This document shows positions 28,380-38,096 of a DNA stretch of 64,000 nt, in pieces (positions within the stretch are counted from its first letter, which is position 1; each line of letters begins with the position of its first letter). A program made the position numbers and the translations under genes. Source of the stretch: Candidatus Shapirobacteria bacterium (GTDB taxonomy: Bacteria; Patescibacteriota; Microgenomatia; UBA12405); the NCBI GenBank assembly GCA_016188545.1, contig JACPHO010000002.1:13-64012 (forward strand). Direction: 5' to 3'. The notes beneath the pieces are model-generated. The model saw only the letters and a program-made list of their open reading frames with translations, was not told the DNA's origin and did no database searches.

Positions 28380-28796
28380 ATGAATATAAATTTTGGAGCG
28401 GTACTTTTGGCTACAATACTTCAATTTATATGGGGTGCGGTGTGGTATAGCGCTTTTTTTGGGAAACTCTGGGGAAAAATGCATGGATTTGATAAACTTT
28501 CGAAGGAAGTACAGGAAAAAATGATGAAGGAGATGGGGCCGATTTATGGAGTTCAGTTTTTGGTAACTCTAGTCACTACAGTTGTACTGGCCATATTTAT
28601 CGCCTACCAACCGAGTTGGAATGCTTACGCTATGGCGGGATTTTTCTGGATTGGATTTGTGGTGCCGACACAAGTAAGTGGGGTTATATTTGGAGGAACA
28701 GAAGGAAAATGGGTAACGACTAAGATCGCAATACAGGCAGGGGCTGCGCTTGGTTGCTTGGAAATTGCAGCGGGTGTACTGAAAATGATGGGCTAA
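28380..28796 (+). CDS. DUF1761 family membrane protein
   Basis: N-terminal LQFIWGAVWYSAFFGKLWGK, typical of DUF1761. Confidence 0.5.
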   Translation: MNINFGAVLLATILQFIWGAVWYSAFFGKLWGKMHGFDKLSKEVQEKMMKEMGPIYGVQFLVTLVTTVVLAIFIAYQPSWNAYAMAGFFWIGFVVPTQVSGVIFGGTEGKWVTTKIAIQAGAALGCLEIAAGVLKMMG

Positions 28797-28821
28797 TTTT
28801 CAATTATAAATTTAGCTAAAT

Positions 28822-29712
28822 ATGGACAGACAAAAAATTACAGCTCATTTGTGGTTTGATAAAGAGGCATTAGCGGCGGCAGAGTTTTATTCGAAGACAT
28901 TTAAAAACTCAAAAATACTTAATACTTCAAAACTAGATGACACACCATCTGGTAGTGTGGATATCGCCAATATATTAGTCGATGGTTACGAATTTGGGAT
29001 GATATCGGCCGGTCCCCTTTTTAAAATAAACCCATCAATATCTTTTACGATGAAGTGTGAGACTGAAAATGAAGTCGAGGAATTGTGGAAAAAACTGTCA
29101 CCCGATGGGCAGGCGCTGATGGAACTAGATAAATACCCTTTTGCTGATAAATATGGTTGGATACAGGACAAGTTTGGGGTATCTTGGCAAATTATTTATC
29201 AAGAAAAAGAAAAAATCACCCAAAGAGTAGTTCCGGCACTAATGTATGTGGGAAAAGTATGTGGAAAGGCACGTGAGGCAATTAATCATTACACATCGAT
29301 TTTTCCTAATTCTTCAAATGGAGACATTTCCACATACGAAAAAGGCGAAAGTTCTGATGAACCTGGAACAATAAAACATGCTAGGTTTACTCTGGATAGT
29401 ATGGAATTTACAGCAATGGACAGTGCCTACGATCATAAATTTGGGTTTAGTGAAGGCGTATCTTTGGTGGTTCATTGTGAGAACCAGGAAGAAATTGATG
29501 AATACTGGGAAAAACTATCGGCGGTTCCAGAATCGGAACAGTGCGGATGGCTTAAGGATAAATACGGGGTGTCTTGGCAAATAGTACCAAATGCTATGGA
29601 TAAGATGATGTCTGAAGGAACCCAAAAACAAATTACAGAGGTCACTCAAGCTTTCTTAAAGATGAAAAAATTTGATATTGCCGAGTTAGAGAGGGTCTAC
29701 AACGTGAGCTAA
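28822..29712 (+). CDS. tandem VOC/PhnB-like (glyoxalase-fold) domain protein
   Basis: Two repeats of a ~140 aa module, each ending ...DK(F/Y)GVSWQI(I/V), which is the 3-demethylubiquinone-9 methyltransferase-like / PhnB family pattern. Confidence 0.6.
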   Translation: MDRQKITAHLWFDKEALAAAEFYSKTFKNSKILNTSKLDDTPSGSVDIANILVDGYEFGMISAGPLFKINPSISFTMKCETENEVEELWKKLSPDGQALMELDKYPFADKYGWIQDKFGVSWQIIYQEKEKITQRVVPALMYVGKVCGKAREAINHYTSIFPNSSNGDISTYEKGESSDEPGTIKHARFTLDSMEFTAMDSAYDHKFGFSEGVSLVVHCENQEEIDEYWEKLSAVPESEQCGWLKDKYGVSWQIVPNAMDKMMSEGTQKQITEVTQAFLKMKKFDIAELERVYNVS

Positions 29713-29872
29713 AGGGAACGGAATAAGTTCATCAAAATATTGTAGAGCCAGGTGACTAGATAAATAAAGGTTTTGACAAACCAATCGGTGGCAGCGATAA
29801 AAAGATTCATGACTCGATCTATAACTTAAAGTATTATAGCCCTCGATGAGTCGTCTGTAGGTAAATGGACAA

Positions 29873-30982
29873 GTGTTTGTGATTGGAATAGAATTAGTTA
29901 TGAAAATAATGACAGGAATAGCAGTAATGTTGGTTATTATTTTGTTTGGTCTGCGTGGAAAAATTGTGACAGCCCAAGAGGATAGGCTAATTATGGCTCC
30001 GGAGATTAGATTACCAAAGTTTGAAGTTGGTGAAGATCGGGAAATAACCGAGCCAATAGATGGCGATTTGATTTCAGCGGGAGGACAAGTGAAAGTCTTG
30101 AGTGAAATTACTGGGGATGCTTATATAGCCGGAGGGCAAGTAGAATTTGACGGGGTGATAGACCAGGACTTAATAGTAGCGGGAGGTAACGTGATAATTC
30201 GTGGAAGAATTGGTAAAAATTTGATTGTTGTCGGTGGACAAGTAAAAATTGAAGAAACAGCGATGGTAGGCGGATATGTGCTAGCTGCTGGTGGTGAGGT
30301 AATCATAAATGGGCAAGTGGAGGGTCCAGTCAAAGCGGCAACTTCAAAATTGACTATTGGAGAAATGGCTTATATCGGTGGAAATTTGGAAGCCGATGTA
30401 GAAAAAGTAATGATAGTGGATACAGCACAAATTGCTGGGGAGCGGAGGGTAAATATTCACAAAGTTGAGTCTCCAAGGATGTCAGAAACTGGTAATGAAG
30501 CTATGAGAGGAATAGTTGCGGTTGGGAAAATAGTCTACTTTTTGAGTAAACTAGTTACTCTACTAGTATTGGTGGTTATTGGGGGGAAATTAATGGCACC
30601 TGCTGGAGCACTAATGACCAGGTTTTGGACAACTTTAGGATTGGGTATGGTAGTTACTATAGTCACACCTTTTGTAATGATGATATTGATGATGAGTGTC
30701 CTAGGGATTCCACTATCGATAATTACTTTTGGGGTTTACCTACTAGCATTGTATTTGAGCAGTTTAGTTGTAGCCATGGCACTGGGAAATGTTATTTCTA
30801 AAAACGGGTGGTTACCTATTAAAAATAATTACTTACTATCCATCATTGGATTGATTGTAATTAGTGTAATAACTAATATTCCACTAATTGGTTGGTTGAT
30901 GAGCGTAGTAGTATGCTTTTTAGGAATGGGGATTATTTTCAAATTGGCGACTGAAAGAAAAGTTGTCGCTACTAAGAAATAG
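29873..30982 (+). CDS. membrane protein with bactofilin-like beta-helical repeats
   Basis: Repeated AGGQV..GxV...I.AGG.V motifs (bactofilin/polymer-forming-like). The C-terminal half is polytopic TM. Confidence 0.4.
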   Translation: MFVIGIELVMKIMTGIAVMLVIILFGLRGKIVTAQEDRLIMAPEIRLPKFEVGEDREITEPIDGDLISAGGQVKVLSEITGDAYIAGGQVEFDGVIDQDLIVAGGNVIIRGRIGKNLIVVGGQVKIEETAMVGGYVLAAGGEVIINGQVEGPVKAATSKLTIGEMAYIGGNLEADVEKVMIVDTAQIAGERRVNIHKVESPRMSETGNEAMRGIVAVGKIVYFLSKLVTLLVLVVIGGKLMAPAGALMTRFWTTLGLGMVVTIVTPFVMMILMMSVLGIPLSIITFGVYLLALYLSSLVVAMALGNVISKNGWLPIKNNYLLSIIGLIVISVITNIPLIGWLMSVVVCFLGMGIIFKLATERKVVATKK

Positions 30983-31478
30983 GGTGATTATCTTGATAAT
31001 CACGACCTAGTCGATAAGTAATGTAGGCGAGCATGAGGCCTCCGACGATATCGATGGAATAGTGTCCATGAGAACTAATCAGGGAAGTAATTTCGACTAA
31101 TAAAAGGAAAAAAGAAGTTCGCTGGTAACGAATGTTTGGTTGATGACGGACGAGAAGGTATCCTAGGAAAGCGAAAGCGGTGTGGCCTGAGGGAAACATA
31201 CCTGAGGGCAACTTACCAAAGGAAAATAAATCTCCATACTCGACATTGCCAAAGGAATTGCCAACCGGCGTAAGTAAAATAAGGAGACTTCTGGCAAAAA
31301 GAATGGAGCTAACGGAGTAAACAACAAAGGGAATTTTGTCGGGGTATCGACGATAAGCACTAAAAATCAGTAAAGCTATAAGAATAAGGGTGACATCTGC
31401 GACATAGCCAGTCCAGTGGATACGAGGGATATAGTTGAGAAGAAGATCCCCCACTGGCTCACTGTTTAGGCTAAGCAA
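30972..31478 (-). CDS. PAP2-family phosphatase
   Basis: PSGHTAFAF and SHGHYSIDIVGG motifs (PAP2 motifs 2 and 3). Confidence 0.65.
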   Translation of the reverse strand: MLSLNSEPVGDLLLNYIPRIHWTGYVADVTLILIALLIFSAYRRYPDKIPFVVYSVSSILFARSLLILLTPVGNSFGNVEYGDLFSFGKLPSGMFPSGHTAFAFLGYLLVRHQPNIRYQRTSFFLLLVEITSLISSHGHYSIDIVGGLMLAYITYRLGRDYQDNHPIS

Positions 31479-31612
31479 GGAGAGGAGATAACTACTGATA
31501 AAGTTCGCGAAAACAGAGGAAAGTAGAATAAGGAGGCTAAAACCGATGTTGGTAGCTCTTCTTGAGGCTAGGAATTTGATTATGACCTATTTTATCAGGT
31601 TAAAAAAGTAAA

Positions 31613-32242
31613 CTAGCGTGAATTCAGGAAATCTCCAGGATTTTGCCAAAGAGAAAGAGCCGACTCTGTCGGTACATAACCTTTTAGGTTCAACTTTGAT
31701 CCTTTAATAACAGATAGGTGAAGATGTCGACGCTCACCATCAGTTTCCGGTGAGTATCCCTTACCAAGGACTCCAATTTGTTGACCAGCGACGACGTCGG
31801 TTCCAAGTGGAGCCAGAGAGGAAGGAGATAGATGTCCATAGAGGACAATATAATCTGAATCCTGATACTTTAGACTCTGGGCAACGACGCCGCCATAACC
31901 ACTTACTCTTCCAGAGTAAATTATTTTTCCAGAATGGACGGCACTGACGGAAATCTCCGTTAAAACATCCTCGTATTCGGCGTCAACTCCGGTATGGTAT
32001 CCGGTAAATTTTTCCGGTTTAACCGGAGAAGAATTTGGACTGACATGTATACCGAATGGTTTTTTGGTGACACGAGAGAAAAAATTCTGAGTAGGTAGAG
32101 TGAAGTCTGATTTGGTCAAGGGAACCATGGTGGGTAAATCGGAAACAGGCGGCGGCGGAGATGGAGTATTCAGCTTTGCCGAAGGACTGGATGGACTTAA
32201 TAATCCCAAAAATGTAAGAATGCCAATGAAAAATTCTTTCAC
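31613..32242 (-). CDS. M23 family metallopeptidase
   Basis: HTGVD...YGHLS...HLHLSV motifs (HxxxD and HxH of LytM/M23). Signal peptide. Confidence 0.7.
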   Translation of the reverse strand: MKEFFIGILTFLGLLSPSSPSAKLNTPSPPPPVSDLPTMVPLTKSDFTLPTQNFFSRVTKKPFGIHVSPNSSPVKPEKFTGYHTGVDAEYEDVLTEISVSAVHSGKIIYSGRVSGYGGVVAQSLKYQDSDYIVLYGHLSPSSLAPLGTDVVAGQQIGVLGKGYSPETDGERRHLHLSVIKGSKLNLKGYVPTESALSLWQNPGDFLNSR

Positions 32243-32244
32243 AA

Positions 32245-32559
32245 TTATTTGGTAACCCGATTGGTTTTGCGTGGTAAGACCAGAGAAATAAAAAGACGAT
32301 CAACCAGGTAGCCGATAAAAGCAAAGACAATTAGAGCAAACAGAGAAGAAAATTCGATGATGAATCCCCCCTCAATACGAGGTGAAGGAAAGGCACCGAT
32401 AAAGGGAACTAATAGTGGCTGGGTAGTTTCGTAAACCCAAGTTACAAATGGTGCGGCTGAGGAAGCTCCAAAAAGCTTGAGAATGATTCGAAGACCTAGT
32501 AAGAACTCAACAATTCCGAGAATTGTATTGGCTAAGGTATAGAATAATGGTTGGAACAT
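32245..32559 (-). CDS. YggT-family membrane protein
   Basis: 104 aa with two hydrophobic segments and a YggT-like pattern. Confidence 0.55.
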   Translation of the reverse strand: MFQPLFYTLANTILGIVEFLLGLRIILKLFGASSAAPFVTWVYETTQPLLVPFIGAFPSPRIEGGFIIEFSSLFALIVFAFIGYLVDRLFISLVLPRKTNRVTK

Positions 32560-32623
32560 AATCTATTACTAATATGATAGCAGTTTGAGATATAAAAGTC
32601 AAAAATTTTGCTAAACTTATATA

Positions 32624-33778
32624 ATGAAACCTTGGCATGTTGGACTAATACTAATAATGGTGGCATTGGTATCGACACAAGTGTTCATGGCAGTACTAAG
32701 TGAGGAAGAGCAACAGCGTTTGGGTAATGAGCAGACTTTAAATAGTAAACTATCTGAACTACAAAAATCATTGGAAGAAAAAAATAATTCTTTTGAAGAT
32801 TTTAAAAAGACCGACCAAGTACTACTTAACCAAAAGCTAGAAGCTGACCTCAAAGATATTAAGGTTGGGTACAGTGGACTCATAGGAACTTATGAACATC
32901 TAGTAGATCTACGAGGTGAGAAAAAAATATATGCAAAAGTAGACACAATGTTTGCATTGGCCCTAAATCAGTTATCGGAGAATAATTATGCTTCAGCGGC
33001 GGCAACGATAAAGGGTTTGGAAGATGAAATCAAAAAAGAACAGGAAAAGAGAGCCTTGGCGGCTGCGGCTGCAGTACCGGTGGCAACTGGAAACAGCGGG
33101 GCTACAGGAACTGTTAAAACTGAAAGTGGTGAGTTTAGAACAAATATTATTAGCGCTGATTTACGGTCAGTAAAAGTAGTTGTTGATACCGCCTCGCCAA
33201 GTGATTGTGCTGATAATTGTCCGGTACTACCACTAGCTACTTTTGCCCAAAGATCTGGGGCTTTTGCCGCGATTAATGGACCATATTTTTGTCCAGCTAG
33301 CTACCCTGCCTGTGCCAGTAAGAAAAATTCATTTGATACTTTGATGATGAATAAAAATAAAACATATTTTAATTCGGGGAATAATGTCTACAGCTCCGTA
33401 CCCGCAGCAATTTTTTCGACTAACTCTCGCTTTGTAAGACAATCTTCGGAATGGGGAAGAGATACTGGAATTGACAGTGTTATAGCCGGGCAACCACTAC
33501 TAGTATTTAATGGACAGTCGATGTTTGCTGGAGACGGTGATCCTAAAAAATCAGGAAAAGGTACTAGGGCATTTATCGGTGCGACTGATTCGACAGTTTA
33601 TATTGGGCTAGTTTATAACGTGACAGTGGCGGAAATGGCAAATGTAATCGTGTCTAAGGGAATAAAAAATGCAATTAATTTGGATAGTGGTGGCTCGATT
33701 GCCATGTGGAATAATGGCAGATATGTGGCCGGACCGGGAAGAGATTTACCCTTTGGAATAATGCTGGTTCGCCGATAA
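32624..33778 (+). CDS. secreted phosphodiester-glycosidase-like (DUF2233) protein with an N-terminal coiled coil
   Basis: C-terminal NAINLDSGGSIAMW matches the DUF2233/NAGPA-like N(A/L)DGGGS motif. Confidence 0.5.
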   Translation: MKPWHVGLILIMVALVSTQVFMAVLSEEEQQRLGNEQTLNSKLSELQKSLEEKNNSFEDFKKTDQVLLNQKLEADLKDIKVGYSGLIGTYEHLVDLRGEKKIYAKVDTMFALALNQLSENNYASAAATIKGLEDEIKKEQEKRALAAAAAVPVATGNSGATGTVKTESGEFRTNIISADLRSVKVVVDTASPSDCADNCPVLPLATFAQRSGAFAAINGPYFCPASYPACASKKNSFDTLMMNKNKTYFNSGNNVYSSVPAAIFSTNSRFVRQSSEWGRDTGIDSVIAGQPLLVFNGQSMFAGDGDPKKSGKGTRAFIGATDSTVYIGLVYNVTVAEMANVIVSKGIKNAINLDSGGSIAMWNNGRYVAGPGRDLPFGIMLVRR

Positions 33779-33791
33779 GGTAAAATAATCT

Positions 33792-34631
33792 ATGGAACTA
33801 ACCGTAGCTGATCAAAGAGTATTGATATTTGATGACCAACTAACTCCGGAAGAAGCAGAGGAAAAAGCGTGGGAGAAGAAGGTCGATTCGTTTGGAACAT
33901 TGAATAAGCTAGGGAGTTTTTTATCTAGGCCAAAAGAAGAAGATTTTGAACTAATTTATCAAGAACATCGATATCAACCGTTTTGGCACGTGATTGCCAG
34001 AGCTCACTATGTGTACGATAGAAATACTGAGTATGAAGTAAAAACGGCCGGTCCTGAGGTGAATTCGGTTAACTGCTTCAAGACAGAATTTGAAGTGAAA
34101 AACGGACATATTCACCTACCAGTGCTGGAGCATTGCACCCAGGAAGAATTGGATGAGGTGCTGGTAGATGGAGTAAATGGAAGAAATAACCCTGATCTGA
34201 AAAAATATTTATCACTATCGCCAAAGCAGATAAAGAATATTGATAAAGTGACTAAAAAAGACTCGATCATGATCCCCCCTTCGACTCGGATATCGGCAAT
34301 TATGCGAGATTCGTTGTCAAAAATGATCAAAGGAATTCAGGCTGATGCAATTTTGGAAGAAACCGTAAAAGTGGAATGTGTTGATCTCTACTACCACCCA
34401 ATCTATGCTTTTAAGTTTAGGTGGAAAACAAAAGGGAAGGAAGCCATCGTAGAAGTGGATGGACTGACCGGTGAGGTAAGACCGGGAGAGAGGGTATTTT
34501 CTGAATACTTAGGGAAAATGCTGGATACAAACTTTTTGTTTGACCTGGGGGCTGATGCGGCTGGGATGTTGATACCCGGGGGAAGTATCGCCGTGAAAAT
34601 AACCAAGAAATATTTGGATACTAAAAAATAA
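33792..34631 (+). CDS. hypothetical protein
   Basis: 279 aa, no motif recognised. Confidence 0.35.
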   Translation: MELTVADQRVLIFDDQLTPEEAEEKAWEKKVDSFGTLNKLGSFLSRPKEEDFELIYQEHRYQPFWHVIARAHYVYDRNTEYEVKTAGPEVNSVNCFKTEFEVKNGHIHLPVLEHCTQEELDEVLVDGVNGRNNPDLKKYLSLSPKQIKNIDKVTKKDSIMIPPSTRISAIMRDSLSKMIKGIQADAILEETVKVECVDLYYHPIYAFKFRWKTKGKEAIVEVDGLTGEVRPGERVFSEYLGKMLDTNFLFDLGADAAGMLIPGGSIAVKITKKYLDTKK

Positions 34632-34859
34632 ATGGCTAGTAGCAGTGATTTACTACCAAGAGCTGCCCTAATAAAAGCGTTGGCCGTGGCTTCGGGTGGC
34701 GAGAATATGAGTTTACTAACAAAGGTATTGTTGCAGGATGCGATGAAAGAGAACAGTCAAGTTACTGATGATCAGATGCAGGGCATTTTGAGGCACAAGT
34801 TAGGATTACCACTAAAAACCAAGAAGGTGGAACCGGTAGTAACCGACGATGAAAAATAA
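34632..34859 (+). CDS. small hypothetical protein
   Basis: 75 aa, immediately adjacent to the upstream ORF. Confidence 0.3.
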   Translation: MASSSDLLPRAALIKALAVASGGENMSLLTKVLLQDAMKENSQVTDDQMQGILRHKLGLPLKTKKVEPVVTDDEK

Positions 34860-36048
34860 TATTCGATTGGCATATATTCTTTCTTTTATTAGCGAGTTGT
34901 ATTTTCCAATATCGGTCTGGTTGTTTTATTACCTCCGATACTTGGACTTTTCGCAGATAGGAATATTGACAGCCGTAAAACTACTATCGTCAATTTTGTT
35001 TGAGGTTCCCACTGGAGTATTTGCTGATAAGGCGGGAAGGAAGAGGGCTATAGTAATTTCATTCTTCTTATATGGTCTAGTTATGTTTGGCTTTGCTGGA
35101 GGATCGGTATTTTGGATGTTTATTGTTCTTGATATTTTTAAAGCATTAGCGAACGCATTTTATTCGGGAAGTATGGAAGCACTAGTGTATGATTCTTTGA
35201 AAGAGGATGGTGAAGAAGAAAGCTACGATAAAGTGGTGTCGAATATGGAGAGTATTGCTTGGGTGGGGCTCTTTGTATCCTCCGTACTCGGCGGGTTTTT
35301 GTATTTTTTTTGGTTTAGGTCGCCTTATGTTATCCAAGGTTCGCTTTATATAGTCTCAGGATTCATAGCACTAGGTCTGGTTGAGCCGAAAATTGATTCT
35401 AAAAAATATTCATGGAAAGAAGCGTGGAAGGGAAATACCGCTGGTATTTCTGAGCTATTTGCCAATAATAAGGTCGCCCAAATGACGGTGGTGTTTGTAA
35501 TATTAGGTGCCGGATACTTTATCGCATCTGAGATGATGGGCATTTCACAGGCGCGTGAATATGGGATGGATTCTAGGTGGGCAGGTATATTATTCGGAGT
35601 CGGGTACATTGTGTCGGCGATGTTTTCACAGTTTTATCCAATACTTCGGAAGTTATTTGGGGCGAGAAAGCTACTTTATGTAGTGGCGGCAGTATTAATT
35701 GGATCGTTTTTACTAGCGAGATGGGTGGGGGTAATTGTCGGATCAATTTTAATCGTATCCAGAATATCGAGCTCGACAACTTTTAGAAACACCCGGTCGG
35801 GTGTAATTAACAAACTAATTGGCTCAAAAAGTCGGGCGACTTCAATATCAACTTTAGTATTACTATCACAATTGCCAATGGCTATTATGGCCTATTTTTT
35901 GGGTGATTATATAGATAAACATTCTCCAAATATGTTGGCGTGGCTGGTGGGTTGGGTGATGATCGGGGCACTGATAATACAGTGGGTGTATTTTAGGTCT
36001 AGAATAAAGTATGAACCCAACAATGCAATGGTACGTAACTCTAACTAA
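34849..36048 (+). CDS. MFS transporter (paralogue of 54779 and 23198)
   Basis: Shares EVPTGVFADKAGRK and other motifs with the other two MFS copies. Confidence 0.7.
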   Translation: MKNNIRLAYILSFISELYFPISVWLFYYLRYLDFSQIGILTAVKLLSSILFEVPTGVFADKAGRKRAIVISFFLYGLVMFGFAGGSVFWMFIVLDIFKALANAFYSGSMEALVYDSLKEDGEEESYDKVVSNMESIAWVGLFVSSVLGGFLYFFWFRSPYVIQGSLYIVSGFIALGLVEPKIDSKKYSWKEAWKGNTAGISELFANNKVAQMTVVFVILGAGYFIASEMMGISQAREYGMDSRWAGILFGVGYIVSAMFSQFYPILRKLFGARKLLYVVAAVLIGSFLLARWVGVIVGSILIVSRISSSTTFRNTRSGVINKLIGSKSRATSISTLVLLSQLPMAIMAYFLGDYIDKHSPNMLAWLVGWVMIGALIIQWVYFRSRIKYEPNNAMVRNSN

Positions 36049-36415
36049 ACCTTTTTGGGCACCACCAGCGTATTTGTTTGGACCGGTTTGGACAGTGCTT
36101 TACATTCTAATTGCCATCTCATTTGGGTTTGTTTTCAGACTGGCGTGGAGAAAAAAGTCATACAGAAAACTAGTTCTGCCATTTTTTCTTAACTTGGTTT
36201 TTAACCTGCTATTTACACCCATTCAATTTGGACTTCGAAATAACTGGCTAGCACTACTGGATATATTGTTAGTGCTGGGGACTCTAGTCTGGGCAATGAG
36301 ATCAATTTATCCGAAACAACCATTCGTTGCATATGCCCAAATCCCCTATCTACTGTGGGTTGGCTATGCCACTATACTGCAAATTTCGATAACTTTTATG
36401 AACACTGGTCTATAA
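36011..36415 (+). CDS. TspO/MBR (tryptophan-rich sensory protein) family
   Basis: KPFWAPPAYLFGPVWTVLYILIAISFGFV and a Trp-rich 5-TM pattern. Confidence 0.7.
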   Translation: MNPTMQWYVTLTKPFWAPPAYLFGPVWTVLYILIAISFGFVFRLAWRKKSYRKLVLPFFLNLVFNLLFTPIQFGLRNNWLALLDILLVLGTLVWAMRSIYPKQPFVAYAQIPYLLWVGYATILQISITFMNTGL

Positions 36416-36441
36416 TTAGTAAGTTAATAGTTTTACAAAAC

Positions 36442-36840
36442 ATGCAGGGATACAACGTCAATATTGAGGAAGCAACTATAAAAAATACTAACTTCAGGCA
36501 GGTGCTTTATAGCGGAAAACATAGCCAGTTAGTACTAATGAGCTTGCCACCAAAGGTAGAGATAGGAATGGAGGTGCATGCTGATAATGACCAGTTTTTT
36601 CGATTTGAAAGTGGATTTGGAAAAGTAATTATTGATGGAAATGAATATATTGTGACTAATGGGTCAGCAATAGTAGTGCCCTCTGGCGCCCAGCACAACG
36701 TAATTAATACCTCAGAAACTGAAGATCTAAAACTATATACGATCTATTCACCAGCACATCATAAAGACAAGATAGTTCGAGCAACAAAAGCAGAGGCAGT
36801 AGCCAACGAGGCGGAGTTTGACGGTGTAACCACAGAATAA
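36442..36840 (+). CDS. cupin domain protein
   Basis: G(X)5HxH-like region (EIGMEVHADNDQ) and a ...VPSGAQHNVIN beta-barrel motif. Start set at the internal Met. Confidence 0.5.
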   Translation: MQGYNVNIEEATIKNTNFRQVLYSGKHSQLVLMSLPPKVEIGMEVHADNDQFFRFESGFGKVIIDGNEYIVTNGSAIVVPSGAQHNVINTSETEDLKLYTIYSPAHHKDKIVRATKAEAVANEAEFDGVTTE

Positions 36841-37033
36841 TGGGAGCAATGGAGTTTGTTTATGACGAGAGTCGGTTTGACCCAACCCAGGTAAGGGCGA
36901 TGTTGGGGATTCAAGGTCAGCTGAGGATAAATCTACCCCCTGAGGAACGACTGAGGTTGGCAGACTTACTGTTGCGGACTGGAAATATTAGTACTGAGGA
37001 GCTCGCTAGTTTGCGAATGAGAACAGTAAAAAT

Positions 37034-37402
37034 ATGTCAGAAATAATTAAAAAAATATTATTAGTGGGTGCAACACTGATCTTAATTTTGGCAACAGTGA
37101 GAATGGGACGGTTACTTCAAAAACCAAAGAGAGTGGTAGTGAATAATTTGACGAGGATAATATATGTAGAAGAACTAAAGGGATATGATGGAACAGTGGA
37201 AAATAGACCGATTTATTTGGCTTATGAGGGTTATGTTTACAATGTAACTGATGGTAAAGAGTACTACCAGCCCGGAGGTGTGTATCATTCTTTAGCAGGT
37301 AGAGATGCCACGAAGGAACTTAACATTGCTGGAGGATCAATCATTAAGAGAAAGTATCCAATAGTAGGTAAGCTTAGTCAGAATATTTTAATCAAACCTT
37401 AA
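37034..37402 (+). CDS. cytochrome b5-like heme/steroid-binding (MAPR-type) domain protein, membrane-anchored
   Basis: EELKGYDG....PIYLAYEGYVYNVTDGKEYYQPGGVYHSLAGRDAT matches the MAPR/cyt-b5 family. Confidence 0.6.
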   Translation: MSEIIKKILLVGATLILILATVRMGRLLQKPKRVVVNNLTRIIYVEELKGYDGTVENRPIYLAYEGYVYNVTDGKEYYQPGGVYHSLAGRDATKELNIAGGSIIKRKYPIVGKLSQNILIKP

Positions 37403-37447
37403 TGTAGGTGGTATTAGAATGGAAAGTAATTATTAATTACTTTACAA

Positions 37448-38080
37448 ATGAACGAAACATTTTTGTCTTCAATGGGTTTTAAATTATTACTATTAGTGAC
37501 TGCGGGAGTATCTGTCGCAACTATGGGAGTAGCTGCCTCGAAGGCTACAGAGTCTTTTGGTAAAAGCAAAATTCCTAAAACTGGACTAGAAATTCCTCAA
37601 CCAAATGGAACGGTGGTAACTGAAAGTGGATCAGTTGATTTGAAATTAATTGAAGAAGTAAAAACTAAAAAAACCGAAGGTAAATGTGTGATAACACTAT
37701 TCTCAAAACAGTATGATGTAACCGAGGTAAATAAGACTGGTGGAAGTACAGATATTTTTGACTGCGGAGAAGATATGTCCAGCCAATATTCAGCTAAATA
37801 CGGTAAAGATGTAAGTAGAATGGAAAAATACTTAGTCGGTGCCACAAGTACAAACAATGAGGTAATACCAACCACGATTCCAACTAGCGGAGCCACAGTG
37901 TCGGCTATGCCAACAGCACAGCCAATACAACAGGGTGGAGACGACTCAATGGAGTTTGAAGATGACAACGACGAGAGAGAAGATAGCGAACATACAGATC
38001 GATATGAAAAGAAAGAATCCGAATCTAAGGAAATTGAAGAAAAAAGTGAAAGTCGAGAATTAGAAAGTAAAGACAATTAA
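37448..38080 (+). CDS. secreted cytochrome-b5-like domain protein with an acidic low-complexity tail
   Basis: CVITLFSKQYDVTEV.KTGG.DIFDCGEDMS parallels the b5-like core of the ORF at 39378. It lacks the first His, so heme binding is uncertain. Confidence 0.4.
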   Translation: MNETFLSSMGFKLLLLVTAGVSVATMGVAASKATESFGKSKIPKTGLEIPQPNGTVVTESGSVDLKLIEEVKTKKTEGKCVITLFSKQYDVTEVNKTGGSTDIFDCGEDMSSQYSAKYGKDVSRMEKYLVGATSTNNEVIPTTIPTSGATVSAMPTAQPIQQGGDDSMEFEDDNDEREDSEHTDRYEKKESESKEIEEKSESRELESKDN

Positions 38081-38096
38081 GTAATATAATTTACCT